A DNA stretch of 20,000 nucleotides, taken from an uncultured virus (IMG/VR IMGVR_UViG_3300009684_000029) (Duplodnaviria; Heunggongvirae; Uroviricota; Caudoviricetes). Below, one piece after another: positions 1 to 7,573 of this stretch; the stretch's first letter is position 1; every line of letters starts with the position of its first letter. The stretch lies in IMG/VR virus record IMGVR_UViG_3300009684_000029, one strand, 5' to 3'. The position numbers were made by a program, and so were the translations under genes. The notes beneath the pieces are model-generated. The model ran no database searches. It was not told the DNA's origin and was given only the letters and a program-made list of their open reading frames with translations.

Positions 1-28
1 CAATAAATAAAAACAAAACTTAACAGTT

Positions 29-220
29 ATGGAAGAAAAAACATCAAACGTAATGTTTACGGACATGAAAGATTTATGGACAGAATTCGAAACAAATCAT
101 TCGGATTTTGCAACTACGGGTAAAAAGAAAGCAGCAGCGAGAGCTAGAAAAGCTATTCAAAACCTTAAGGCTATGATTACTAATTACAAGAAAGCTTCAG
201 TAGAAGAATGTAAAGCATAA
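29..220 (+). CDS. Histone H1-like (Hc1-like) small basic DNA-binding protein
   Basis: 63 aa. The motif 'F...GKKKAAARARKAIQNLKAMITNYKKAS' matches the Hc1/'histone H1' family pattern (G(N/K)KAA..RARK...L......RK.S) common in Bacteroidota. Followed by a terminator. Confidence 0.75.
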   Translation: MEEKTSNVMFTDMKDLWTEFETNHSDFATTGKKKAAARARKAIQNLKAMITNYKKASVEECKA

Positions 221-240
221 TTAAAGCCATTAGTATATTG

Positions 241-269
241 GGGTGGGGAATAAAATCTCCACCCTTTTT
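241..269 (+). terminator. Rho-independent terminator
   Basis: GGGTGGGGA-ataaaa-TCTCCACCC stem (one G-U pair) followed by TTTTT, just after the 29..220 stop. Confidence 0.85.
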
Positions 270-303
270 ACGCCCAAGATATAATTATAATAAATAGAAT
301 AAA

Positions 304-750
304 ATGAATAATAATACCCTTAAAAAACTTATCAAAGAAGAAATAAGATCTATACTTAAAGAAGGAGAACATGATCAACAAAACTATATGTTCTTTCAAA
401 ATCTTCATACTATTAAAAGAATGGTAGAAAAAATGCTTGCTCTTAATCCACAAGAAGTAGACACATTATTATCTAACGGTCATGCATGGGCTGTAGATCA
501 TATTTCAACTTCTGCAGATGATGTAGGTGAAGTAGGAACTTGGCTTTGTAATGAGTTAGGACGTGATATGAATAACACTAATATGATGACTGAATCTAAT
601 TCAAGAAATGATATTGCTAATTATATTATTATATTATCAAATAGACTTATTGTAGCTAAACAAGAAGGCGATCAAAAGATGATTGATACATTAACTAAAT
701 GGATTGCAGATTTAAAGAATGAACTTAAAGGCCTTAAAGAAACTAACTAA
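304..750 (+). CDS. Hypothetical phage protein with N-terminal LKKLIKEEIRSILKE leader (putative virion internal protein)
   Basis: 148 aa ORF, coupled to the next gene (TAATG overlap). Leader shared with neighbours. Confidence 0.7.
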   Translation: MNNNTLKKLIKEEIRSILKEGEHDQQNYMFFQNLHTIKRMVEKMLALNPQEVDTLLSNGHAWAVDHISTSADDVGEVGTWLCNELGRDMNNTNMMTESNSRNDIANYIIILSNRLIVAKQEGDQKMIDTLTKWIADLKNELKGLKETN

Positions 751-1196
751 TGACAAAACACGATAAACTAAGACAATTACTTAAAGAGCAAATCAGAAAA
801 GTAATTCTTAAAGAAGGATTTCAATCAGCAGACAATATTTATATGTCAATGTTTGAAGATAATATTGTTCTTACACAATCATTTAATGGGTCAGAATCAG
901 ATATGGGCCAAAAGATAGAAATATCTATGAAAGACTTTCCTAAGATATTAGATGGTTTATTTAATTTGGTTCCTGTAAATAGAATACCAGTTAACTATCG
1001 TCAAAGTATGATAGCAAAGTTATCTGATAAAGCAATTGATCAAGAAACTGATTTAGATGCTGAAAAACCAGATAAAGAATTTAAGGGCGGTAAAGGTAAA
1101 GAAGAAGAGGGCGGTGAAGAAGAAGCTGCACCAGAAGAAGAAGCACCAGCAGGTGAAGAAGAAGCTCCGGCTAAAGGTAAAAACCCATTCGCATAA
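750..1196 (+). CDS. Hypothetical phage protein with LRQLLKEQIRKVILKE leader and acidic E/A/P-rich tail
   Basis: 148 aa. TAATG overlaps on both sides. Low-complexity 'EEEAAPEEEAPAGEEEAPA' tail. Confidence 0.7.
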   Translation: MTKHDKLRQLLKEQIRKVILKEGFQSADNIYMSMFEDNIVLTQSFNGSESDMGQKIEISMKDFPKILDGLFNLVPVNRIPVNYRQSMIAKLSDKAIDQETDLDAEKPDKEFKGGKGKEEEGGEEEAAPEEEAPAGEEEAPAKGKNPFA

Positions 1197-1600
1197 TGAG
1201 AAATGATAAGTTTAGATTACTTCTTAAAGAAGAAATACGCAAGATATTAAAAGAAGATGATATTGTTCCAGTAGGACCTGAAGGAGAAAAGATATCAGAT
1301 TCAAAGGTTGCAGCAAAACTTTCTAATACTCTTAAACAATCTTTACTAAAAGTACCATCATCTATGAGATCTAGACTTACTGATTTAATTGCTGATGATG
1401 GTATACGAAGTGCGTTAAAGAGTAAAGATCAAAGGGCAAGTATATTAACTGCTATTGCGACAGCATTTGGTGTTAATGATCAAGAATTTGGTCAAGTCGT
1501 ATCTCAAATCAAAAAGAATTTGGCGATGACTAATACAGAAGCACCTCAAGGTACAGAACAAGGAACTGAAGGCGGAACTGACCCTAATGATATAGCATAA
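1196..1600 (+). CDS. Hypothetical phage protein with FRLLLKEEIRKILKE leader
   Basis: 134 aa, TAATG-coupled, shared leader. Confidence 0.7.
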   Translation: MRNDKFRLLLKEEIRKILKEDDIVPVGPEGEKISDSKVAAKLSNTLKQSLLKVPSSMRSRLTDLIADDGIRSALKSKDQRASILTAIATAFGVNDQEFGQVVSQIKKNLAMTNTEAPQGTEQGTEGGTDPNDIA

Positions 1601-2157
1601 TGATAAAATTAAGACCTATAGTTAATAATATACTTAAAGAAGATGACGGCGAAACCGTTACCTGGGGTAATGTTAGAAGATTTTTGGAGTCAATTCGAAA
1701 AGAATCAAAAACTAAAAACTGGGGCAAGATTATAGGATTTGCTAAAGACGTACTTGGCACTAGTATAGTACCTGATTCAATTAATGCTATACTTAAAATT
1801 ATAGGAGGGAGTACCGGTCAAGAAGGAGGTGCTGAAGAAAGCGCTATTGATTTAGCAAAATCTTTAATGGCATTAAGTAAAATGGTATCTCAAGCTCAAT
1901 TAGAAAATCCATTAAATTCCCAAGCATCTAAATTTAAAGGCGAGCTATGGGATAAATTAAAATTAAGTTCTAAAGTATCAGCAGTACTAGATAATAATAT
2001 AGAAAAGGAATTTATTAATTCTGTATTAGAACCTATGATAAGCAATCCAGGTAATGATAATGAACCTATACCAAATATAGATGAATTATTAGGTAAATGG
2101 CTTAATGATACTAAAGGATTAGCAACAGATGCAGATATTCAATTCAAAGGAAGATAA
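1600..2157 (+). CDS. Hypothetical phage protein with MIKLRPIVNNILKE leader
   Basis: 185 aa, TAATG-coupled, shared leader. Confidence 0.7.
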   Translation: MIKLRPIVNNILKEDDGETVTWGNVRRFLESIRKESKTKNWGKIIGFAKDVLGTSIVPDSINAILKIIGGSTGQEGGAEESAIDLAKSLMALSKMVSQAQLENPLNSQASKFKGELWDKLKLSSKVSAVLDNNIEKEFINSVLEPMISNPGNDNEPIPNIDELLGKWLNDTKGLATDADIQFKGR

Positions 2158-2178
2158 GGAGATTTATAATATATACAT

Positions 2179-2751
2179 ATGGAACCATTAACTCATAATA
2201 ACAATACCTTTAATGATTTAACTTATCAGCTATATAAACATATGTCTGATAAATATGAAGTTCTTAAGAATCAATATCCAAAATTCATTATCAATACCAA
2301 ACAACAATCATCTCATATCTTAGGACCAACAGCTAACTATCAACCAGAGACTAAAACTATTACGGTATTTAGTTTTGGAAGACATCCTAAAGATATGTTA
2401 AGATCATTTGCCCATGAAGTTATTCATCACGTTCAAAATTGTGAAGGAAGATTAACTAATACTTCTACCCATGAAGGATATGCATTAGACGACTCAAATA
2501 TGAGCGAGCTTGAACGAGAAGCATACGAGCAAGGGAATATGTGCTTTCGTGAGTTTGAGGATCTATACAAGCGCCAAAACCCCATTACCGAAGATGGTGG
2601 TGCGACAATGAATGCTGCAGAAATGAAGCGTCACAAAAATAAATTGGGCAAGCTTAATAAAGTATTAGCGAAACAGGGAGATCAAATGATTCCTTATCCT
2701 AAAGAATTACCCAATACCGTTATGAATGCTAAATTAATTACTAAAAAATAA
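2179..2751 (+). CDS. Zinc metallopeptidase-like protein (HEXXH)
   Basis: 'RSFAHEVIHHVQN' zincin motif with a downstream 'ELEREAY' third-ligand Glu region (gluzincin-like). Confidence 0.65.
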   Translation: MEPLTHNNNTFNDLTYQLYKHMSDKYEVLKNQYPKFIINTKQQSSHILGPTANYQPETKTITVFSFGRHPKDMLRSFAHEVIHHVQNCEGRLTNTSTHEGYALDDSNMSELEREAYEQGNMCFREFEDLYKRQNPITEDGGATMNAAEMKRHKNKLGKLNKVLAKQGDQMIPYPKELPNTVMNAKLITKK

Positions 2752-2770
2752 CAATATAAAATATAACAAT

Positions 2771-3022
2771 ATGAAAATATCACAATTAAAGTCTCTTATA
2801 AAAGAGAACATTAAAGAAGTTTTATCTGAGGGAGCACTTTTAAATTCTATTACTCCAGGTTTGGAAGGCGAAGTTAAAATAGCTGTTCAAAGTTTAGAAG
2901 CTTACTTAAATAAAACCAACGCAATCTTAGATTATAATCACGCACGTAAACTAGCAGAGCTTGTTATTGATATAATTGACGCTGCAAAGGATGAAGCAAG
3001 AAATGAATACAGCGATTACTAA
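2771..3022 (+). CDS. Hypothetical phage protein with MKISQLKSLIKENIKEVLSE leader
   Basis: 83 aa, shared leader. Confidence 0.7.
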   Translation: MKISQLKSLIKENIKEVLSEGALLNSITPGLEGEVKIAVQSLEAYLNKTNAILDYNHARKLAELVIDIIDAAKDEARNEYSDY

Positions 3023-3087
3023 AAAATAAGAGTATGGGTAATCAAGAAGAATATCCAGATTTTTTTGAGCATAACGAATTATAACAA

Positions 3088-3186
3088 ATGACCAAAAAAG
3101 AAAAGAAGTCTAAGAACAGAAAGAAAATAGCTAAAGCTACTATTAAACTTCAACAACAAAAAGGCATCTATAAAAAGAAAACATAA
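3088..3186 (+). CDS. Small basic peptide (32 aa, MTKKEKKSKNRKKIAKATIKLQQQKGIYKKKT)
   Basis: Below the ORF-track cut-off. Fills the gap and ends 1 nt before the next ATG. Strongly Lys-rich. Confidence 0.5.
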   Translation: MTKKEKKSKNRKKIAKATIKLQQQKGIYKKKT

Positions 3187-3187
3187 T

Positions 3188-4357
3188 ATGATTAAGCTCA
3201 AAGATTTATTAGAGAATGTTAATATTGATTCGAAATTTAATTCTGATCTAATAAACTATATCAATAAAGAATATCGTGAAGATTATACAACATTAACTCC
3301 TAGGGAAATTAATGATGGTTATTGTGATTTATGGGCTAGTTTATTTGTAAAGAAATTTGGCGGAGAGCATCAATGGTCTTATGACTTTCCTAATGAACCT
3401 AATGCGCATTCATGGGTCAAGCTTAATAATAAATTTTATGATGCTGAAGCACCTAACGGAGTTTCTAGTTTAATTGAATTACCAGAATTCCAAAGATTTA
3501 TATCAAAATATGGAAATGAATGGTTAAATGATTCATTTTATAAAAATATACAATCGAGCACAACAGAAATAACAGAAGATCTTCGTGATTGGTTTGGTAA
3601 AGGTGGTAAAGGCGGAGTCGGTGGAGGAGGATGGGATAGATATAATTCATCAGGAGATAGAATAGGTAAGTGCGGAGATGCTAAAGAAGGAGATGCTTAT
3701 TCAGCTTGTCTTTCAAAAGAAAAAGCAGAAAAATTAGGTAAAGAAGGAAGAGCAGCATTCGTAAAAAGAAAAAGGGCTGCCCAAAAGAAAGGCGGAGACG
3801 CTAAGAAGGGCGGAGAAAAAACTAAAGGGCAAAAGGCTATTAAAGTAAAAACGGGCGTTAAAGAAGAAATAACACCGGAGCAGTCCGAAAAAATAGGTAT
3901 GCCATATAAAGGAAAGAATAACCAAAAGTTAAAAGAGAACTTTAAAGATGGCAAAAATCCTGAACGTAAAGGATTATCTAAAAAATTTGGTATTAGCCAA
4001 ACAATGACTATAGATCAATTAAAAAATATAGCAAAATCTTCTACCGGAAAAAAACAAAAAATGGCTCAATGGAATCTTAATATGAAAAGAGGTAGAATGA
4101 AAAAAGAAAATTTAGATCCTAATACATATACAGATAAAAACAGTTCAGTTCCTTATGGGTCGGGATATGAGAGAATAAATGAATTAGAGAGGCAATTAAC
4201 TTTATTCCTAGAGAAAAATATACCTACTAATCCATCAAAATGGTCTTATTATAAATCACAAGCCAAAAAGAAATTCGATGTATACCCTTCAGCGTATGCA
4301 AATGGATGGGCTGCAAAAATGTATAAAAAAGCTGGTGGAGGTTGGCGTAAATCTTAA
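3188..4357 (+). CDS. Multi-module protein: MIKLKDLLE leader, Cys-His-Asp (transglutaminase/papain-like) domain, then several basic modules
   Basis: 389 aa. The N-domain has GYC...AHSW...FYDAE. K/G-rich modules follow (LRDWFGKGG..., NFKDGKNP..., NIPTNPSKW...YPSAYANGWAAKMYKKAGGGW), each preceded by a hydrophobic-x-E site. Confidence 0.65.
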   Translation: MIKLKDLLENVNIDSKFNSDLINYINKEYREDYTTLTPREINDGYCDLWASLFVKKFGGEHQWSYDFPNEPNAHSWVKLNNKFYDAEAPNGVSSLIELPEFQRFISKYGNEWLNDSFYKNIQSSTTEITEDLRDWFGKGGKGGVGGGGWDRYNSSGDRIGKCGDAKEGDAYSACLSKEKAEKLGKEGRAAFVKRKRAAQKKGGDAKKGGEKTKGQKAIKVKTGVKEEITPEQSEKIGMPYKGKNNQKLKENFKDGKNPERKGLSKKFGISQTMTIDQLKNIAKSSTGKKQKMAQWNLNMKRGRMKKENLDPNTYTDKNSSVPYGSGYERINELERQLTLFLEKNIPTNPSKWSYYKSQAKKKFDVYPSAYANGWAAKMYKKAGGGWRKS

Positions 4358-4362
4358 TAACT

Positions 4363-4713
4363 ATGATAAAACTTAAAGACATAATCACGGAAGAAAAAAA
4401 AGAAGTATCTAAAGATGCTTTTGAAGAATTTGCTGAAACTAGAATGGGCGGAGCAGAAAAAATAACTAATGATATGCATAAAAAAGGCGGATTAGCTTTA
4501 TTAACATGGCATCATTATAAAGTAAAGCTTCCTTATTATAAAAAGGCATCAGAAGGTAAACTAGATGTTGAAAAAATGCAAACCGAATATAAAGAATATT
4601 TAGAGAAACTTTATAAATCAACTAAAGGCGATATGAATATTACTCAAATACAATTTCAAGAGTTAGTTGGAAAACTTGAAGTATTGGGTGAATTAATAAT
4701 CAAACACAAATGA
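4363..4713 (+). CDS. Hypothetical phage protein with MIKLKDIITE leader
   Basis: 116 aa. ATGA overlap with the next gene. Confidence 0.7.
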   Translation: MIKLKDIITEEKKEVSKDAFEEFAETRMGGAEKITNDMHKKGGLALLTWHHYKVKLPYYKKASEGKLDVEKMQTEYKEYLEKLYKSTKGDMNITQIQFQELVGKLEVLGELIIKHK

Positions 4714-5465
4714 TCAAACTAACAGACATAGTAAACAAGATTATGCTAGCGGAAGAAATGGTTCAATCTGACGCATGGAAATCTATACAAAAAACTCTTG
4801 ATATTCTTAGTAAAAAAGATAAAGTATTACTTTTAACCTGCTCAAATAGACATAATTGGGATGACAATAATATAGATATTCCAAAATCTACAATGATAGC
4901 GATGTATCTTCAAGAAAAATTAGGAGATAAAGCAGTTCTAATAGATATACCAGAATTAAAAATATTTCCTTGCGAAGGTAATGTTTCTAGAAAAGAAGGA
5001 AATTCTTGTGGAATATTAAAATCAAAGCTTAAAGATAAAACTAAAAACCCGACCGGAAACCATAGATGTTGGGCTAGTCTTAATAATAAAAGTGATGAAT
5101 TATGGAAAGTATCTAAAGAGCTATTTGAGTCTGACGCTGTTATATTTTTTAGTTCGATCAGATGGGGTCAAACAAATATGTTTTATCAAAATTTAATTGA
5201 AAGATTAAATTGGTTGGAGAATAGACATACGACATTAGGCGAATCTAATATCATTAAAAATATTGAAACGGGATATATTTGCGTTGGCCAAAATTGGAAT
5301 GGTGAAGTAGTTAGCGAAACACAGAAAAAGGTACATGAGTTTTACGGGTTTAAACCAAATAATGATTTGTATTGGAATTGGCAATATACAAAAAATGTAA
5401 ATGATGAAACCCAGAAATCTTACGAAAAAGCATATCCTAAATTTATAAAAGATACTAAAATATAA
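4710..5465 (+). CDS. NAD(P)H-dependent FMN reductase / flavodoxin-like protein with MIKLTDIV...LAE leader
   Basis: Flavodoxin-fold motifs: 'VLLLTCSNR', 'KSTMIA', 'LIDIPELKIFPCEG', Cys residues, 'DELWKVSKELFESDAVIFFSSIRWG', 'QNLIERL'. Confidence 0.75.
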   Translation: MIKLTDIVNKIMLAEEMVQSDAWKSIQKTLDILSKKDKVLLLTCSNRHNWDDNNIDIPKSTMIAMYLQEKLGDKAVLIDIPELKIFPCEGNVSRKEGNSCGILKSKLKDKTKNPTGNHRCWASLNNKSDELWKVSKELFESDAVIFFSSIRWGQTNMFYQNLIERLNWLENRHTTLGESNIIKNIETGYICVGQNWNGEVVSETQKKVHEFYGFKPNNDLYWNWQYTKNVNDETQKSYEKAYPKFIKDTKI

Positions 5466-5472
5466 TTTACTA

Positions 5473-6177
5473 ATGATAAAGCTTAAACCATTACTAGAAA
5501 AAATACAAGAGTTTAATCCTTCCAATATAAATGCTGAATTTAATAAGTTAGCTGATATATGTGAAGGATTAGGTAACCATGAATTTCTTTCAAGAGAATT
5601 TGGCGTCGAAGCTGGGTTTGGATTATATCTTGTATATACAGAAGAATGGACTAAAGGAAAGATTGGATTAAATTTAAGTTACGAACCAGAAATAAAAGCA
5701 TACTTTACTCAATTAACCGATAAATTCGGAATGGATCATATAGTATATACTTCTTATAAAAGTTCAAGAGGCGGCTTCTTTGGCCGTGAATATTTAATGA
5801 TACCAATATCTCCATTCAAAACAATTTGGAGTCCTGATGTGCGCGATATTTATTCTGATATAAGTCAAGCAATAAAAAAGAATGAGCCCGTTCAACCTAT
5901 GATAGATTCATATGTGGATGATTGGCCAACACAACCTACAGGAGAAGTATTGGTAGACTGTGACCAATATTATTTATTGAATTTTAAGCGCTTTGCAGAT
6001 TTATATGGGTGGATGACGTCATCGAGAATACAAGCAAATAAACAATTTCATGCACCAAGACCAGGAAAGAAAGCTGATCTACTTGCAGTTACTACTTATA
6101 GTGAATTAGCGCCATTTTTAAATTGGTATGCAGAAGAATCAAAATTTGATGCCCCAGTAAGCGACAGACCTAGATAA
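5473..6177 (+). CDS. Hypothetical phage protein with MIKLKPLLEKIQE leader
   Basis: 234 aa. Globular region with 'FFGREYLMIP...WSPDVRDIY...GEVLVDCDQYYLL'. Function not established. Confidence 0.65.
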   Translation: MIKLKPLLEKIQEFNPSNINAEFNKLADICEGLGNHEFLSREFGVEAGFGLYLVYTEEWTKGKIGLNLSYEPEIKAYFTQLTDKFGMDHIVYTSYKSSRGGFFGREYLMIPISPFKTIWSPDVRDIYSDISQAIKKNEPVQPMIDSYVDDWPTQPTGEVLVDCDQYYLLNFKRFADLYGWMTSSRIQANKQFHAPRPGKKADLLAVTTYSELAPFLNWYAEESKFDAPVSDRPR

Positions 6178-6178
6178 T

Positions 6179-7009
6179 ATGATAAAACTTAAAACACTAT
6201 TAAAAGAATTAGGAGAAGGCGTTGCTCCTTATCAATGGTCAGGTCCTCAAGAAAGTAGAAATGGAGACGTTACTTATTTTTTTACTACAGAAGATAATGA
6301 TGATTATCAAGTAATATTTTCGCAGTCAAATGAAAGCCTAGAAAAACTTGATTGGTCAGTAGACTTCTTTGCAAAAGATAATAATAGATGGTCAGCTGAG
6401 ATAGATACTAATCGAGGAAGACAATACAAAATTATATCTACAGTAATGGATATTATATCATCATTTATAAAAAAATACCCAGCATATACAATTCATATTA
6501 TTGGTTCTGATTATGACGGTCAAAGAAATAAGTTATATACTTTATACGCTGAAAAGAATATTTCTAAACTTCAAGGATGGAAATATAAAATAGAAGGCGG
6601 GGGAGGTATATTATTATACAAAAGGAAGCCGTCAGCAAAATCTTTATTAAAGACAGGCGAGCCAATAATTAATGGAAATCTTGATTTAGAAGGATCTAAT
6701 ATAACAAAACTACCAGATAATATTACAACTGTCAACGGAAATCTTATCTTACGAAATTCTTCAATAATGTTTCTTCCTGATAATTTAACTGTCAATGGAT
6801 ATCTCGATTTATCAGATACTCCTATAACAAAATTACCAAATAATTTAACAGTAAAAAGTGATCTTATTATAAATAACACAAAAATAGAAGAATTACCGTC
6901 TAACTTAAAACCAGGAAAATACTTCCAACTAGGATATACTCCGCTTTCTAAAAAATATACTAAGGAACAATTTGAAAAAATATTTCCTACCACTATATTT
7001 TTTTTCTAA
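6179..7009 (+). CDS. MIKLKTLLKE-leader protein; N-domain paralogous to 7024..7521 plus C-terminal LRR-like repeats
   Basis: About four 20-21 aa repeats of consensus VxGxLxLxxxxIxxLPxNLx at ~6668-6946. Confidence 0.75.
   Translation: MIKLKTLLKELGEGVAPYQWSGPQESRNGDVTYFFTTEDNDDYQVIFSQSNESLEKLDWSVDFFAKDNNRWSAEIDTNRGRQYKIISTVMDIISSFIKKYPAYTIHIIGSDYDGQRNKLYTLYAEKNISKLQGWKYKIEGGGGILLYKRKPSAKSLLKTGEPIINGNLDLEGSNITKLPDNITTVNGNLILRNSSIMFLPDNLTVNGYLDLSDTPITKLPNNLTVKSDLIINNTKIEELPSNLKPGKYFQLGYTPLSKKYTKEQFEKIFPTTIFFF
6668..6946 (+). repeat. Coding tandem LRR-like repeats (20-21 aa, about 4.5 copies)
   Basis: INGNLDLEGSNITKLPDNITT / VNGNLILRNSSIMFLPDNLT / VNGYLDLSDTPITKLPNNLT / VKSDLIINNTKIEELPSNLK. Confidence 0.8.
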
Positions 7010-7023
7010 AATATAATTTATAA

Positions 7024-7521
7024 ATGATAAAACTTAAAACACTATTAAAAGAAGTAGGAGAAGGTGTACCACCTTATCAATGGAGCGGGCCTCAAGAACA
7101 ATCTGGAAATATTAATTATCATTTTACTACAGAAGACAATGATTCATATCGTGTCGTATTTACTGGCATTGAAGGGAATGATTGGAGATTAGATTTTTAT
7201 GTTAAAGAATCTAAACCCAATAGTGAATATGATTCGGGTACCGTAACCAATAAAGGCAGACAATTTAAAATCATATCTACAATAATGGATATCATGAAAG
7301 ATTTTATAGAAGAATATCCTGCAGATACTATTGTATTTTCAGGCGCTGACAAAGAAGGATCTAAAACAAATCAAAGGGAAGAGTTATATAAAAAATATAT
7401 CATAAAGAATATTCATTTATTGCCAGGCTGGGATACAAATATAGATATGCCAGGGCAAATAGGACACCTTTCTATATTTAGGGAAGAACCTTTAGATGAT
7501 ATGCAATTATCAATAAAATAA
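7024..7521 (+). CDS. MIKLKTLLKE-leader protein, paralog of the 6179..7009 N-domain
   Basis: First 30 nt identical to 6179. Shared GEGVxPYQWSGPQE, FTTEDND and TNxGRQxKIISTxMDI. Confidence 0.75.
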   Translation: MIKLKTLLKEVGEGVPPYQWSGPQEQSGNINYHFTTEDNDSYRVVFTGIEGNDWRLDFYVKESKPNSEYDSGTVTNKGRQFKIISTIMDIMKDFIEEYPADTIVFSGADKEGSKTNQREELYKKYIIKNIHLLPGWDTNIDMPGQIGHLSIFREEPLDDMQLSIK

Positions 7522-7530
7522 AAAATAACG

Positions 7531-7562
7531 GTTGTTTACATAAAAGTATATAATTATATTAA
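7531..7562 (+). promoter_or_regulatory. Putative promoter GTTG-N20-TATATTAA
   Basis: One of seven intergenic copies with identical 20-bp spacing. Confidence 0.55.
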
Positions 7563-7573
7563 AGAAAAAGAAA

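Noticed and set aside
1101..1170. GAAGAAGAAGC-type short repeats
   Set aside because: Explained by the low-complexity EEEAP tail of the 750..1196 protein.
3034..3084. 16-aa ORF MGNQEEYPDFFEHNEL
   Set aside because: Too short to support from sequence alone, although it fits the gap.
6998..7005. T8 homopolymer as a phase-variation tract
   Set aside because: It lies in the last codons of the gene, so slippage would barely alter the product. Such runs are expected in AT-rich DNA.
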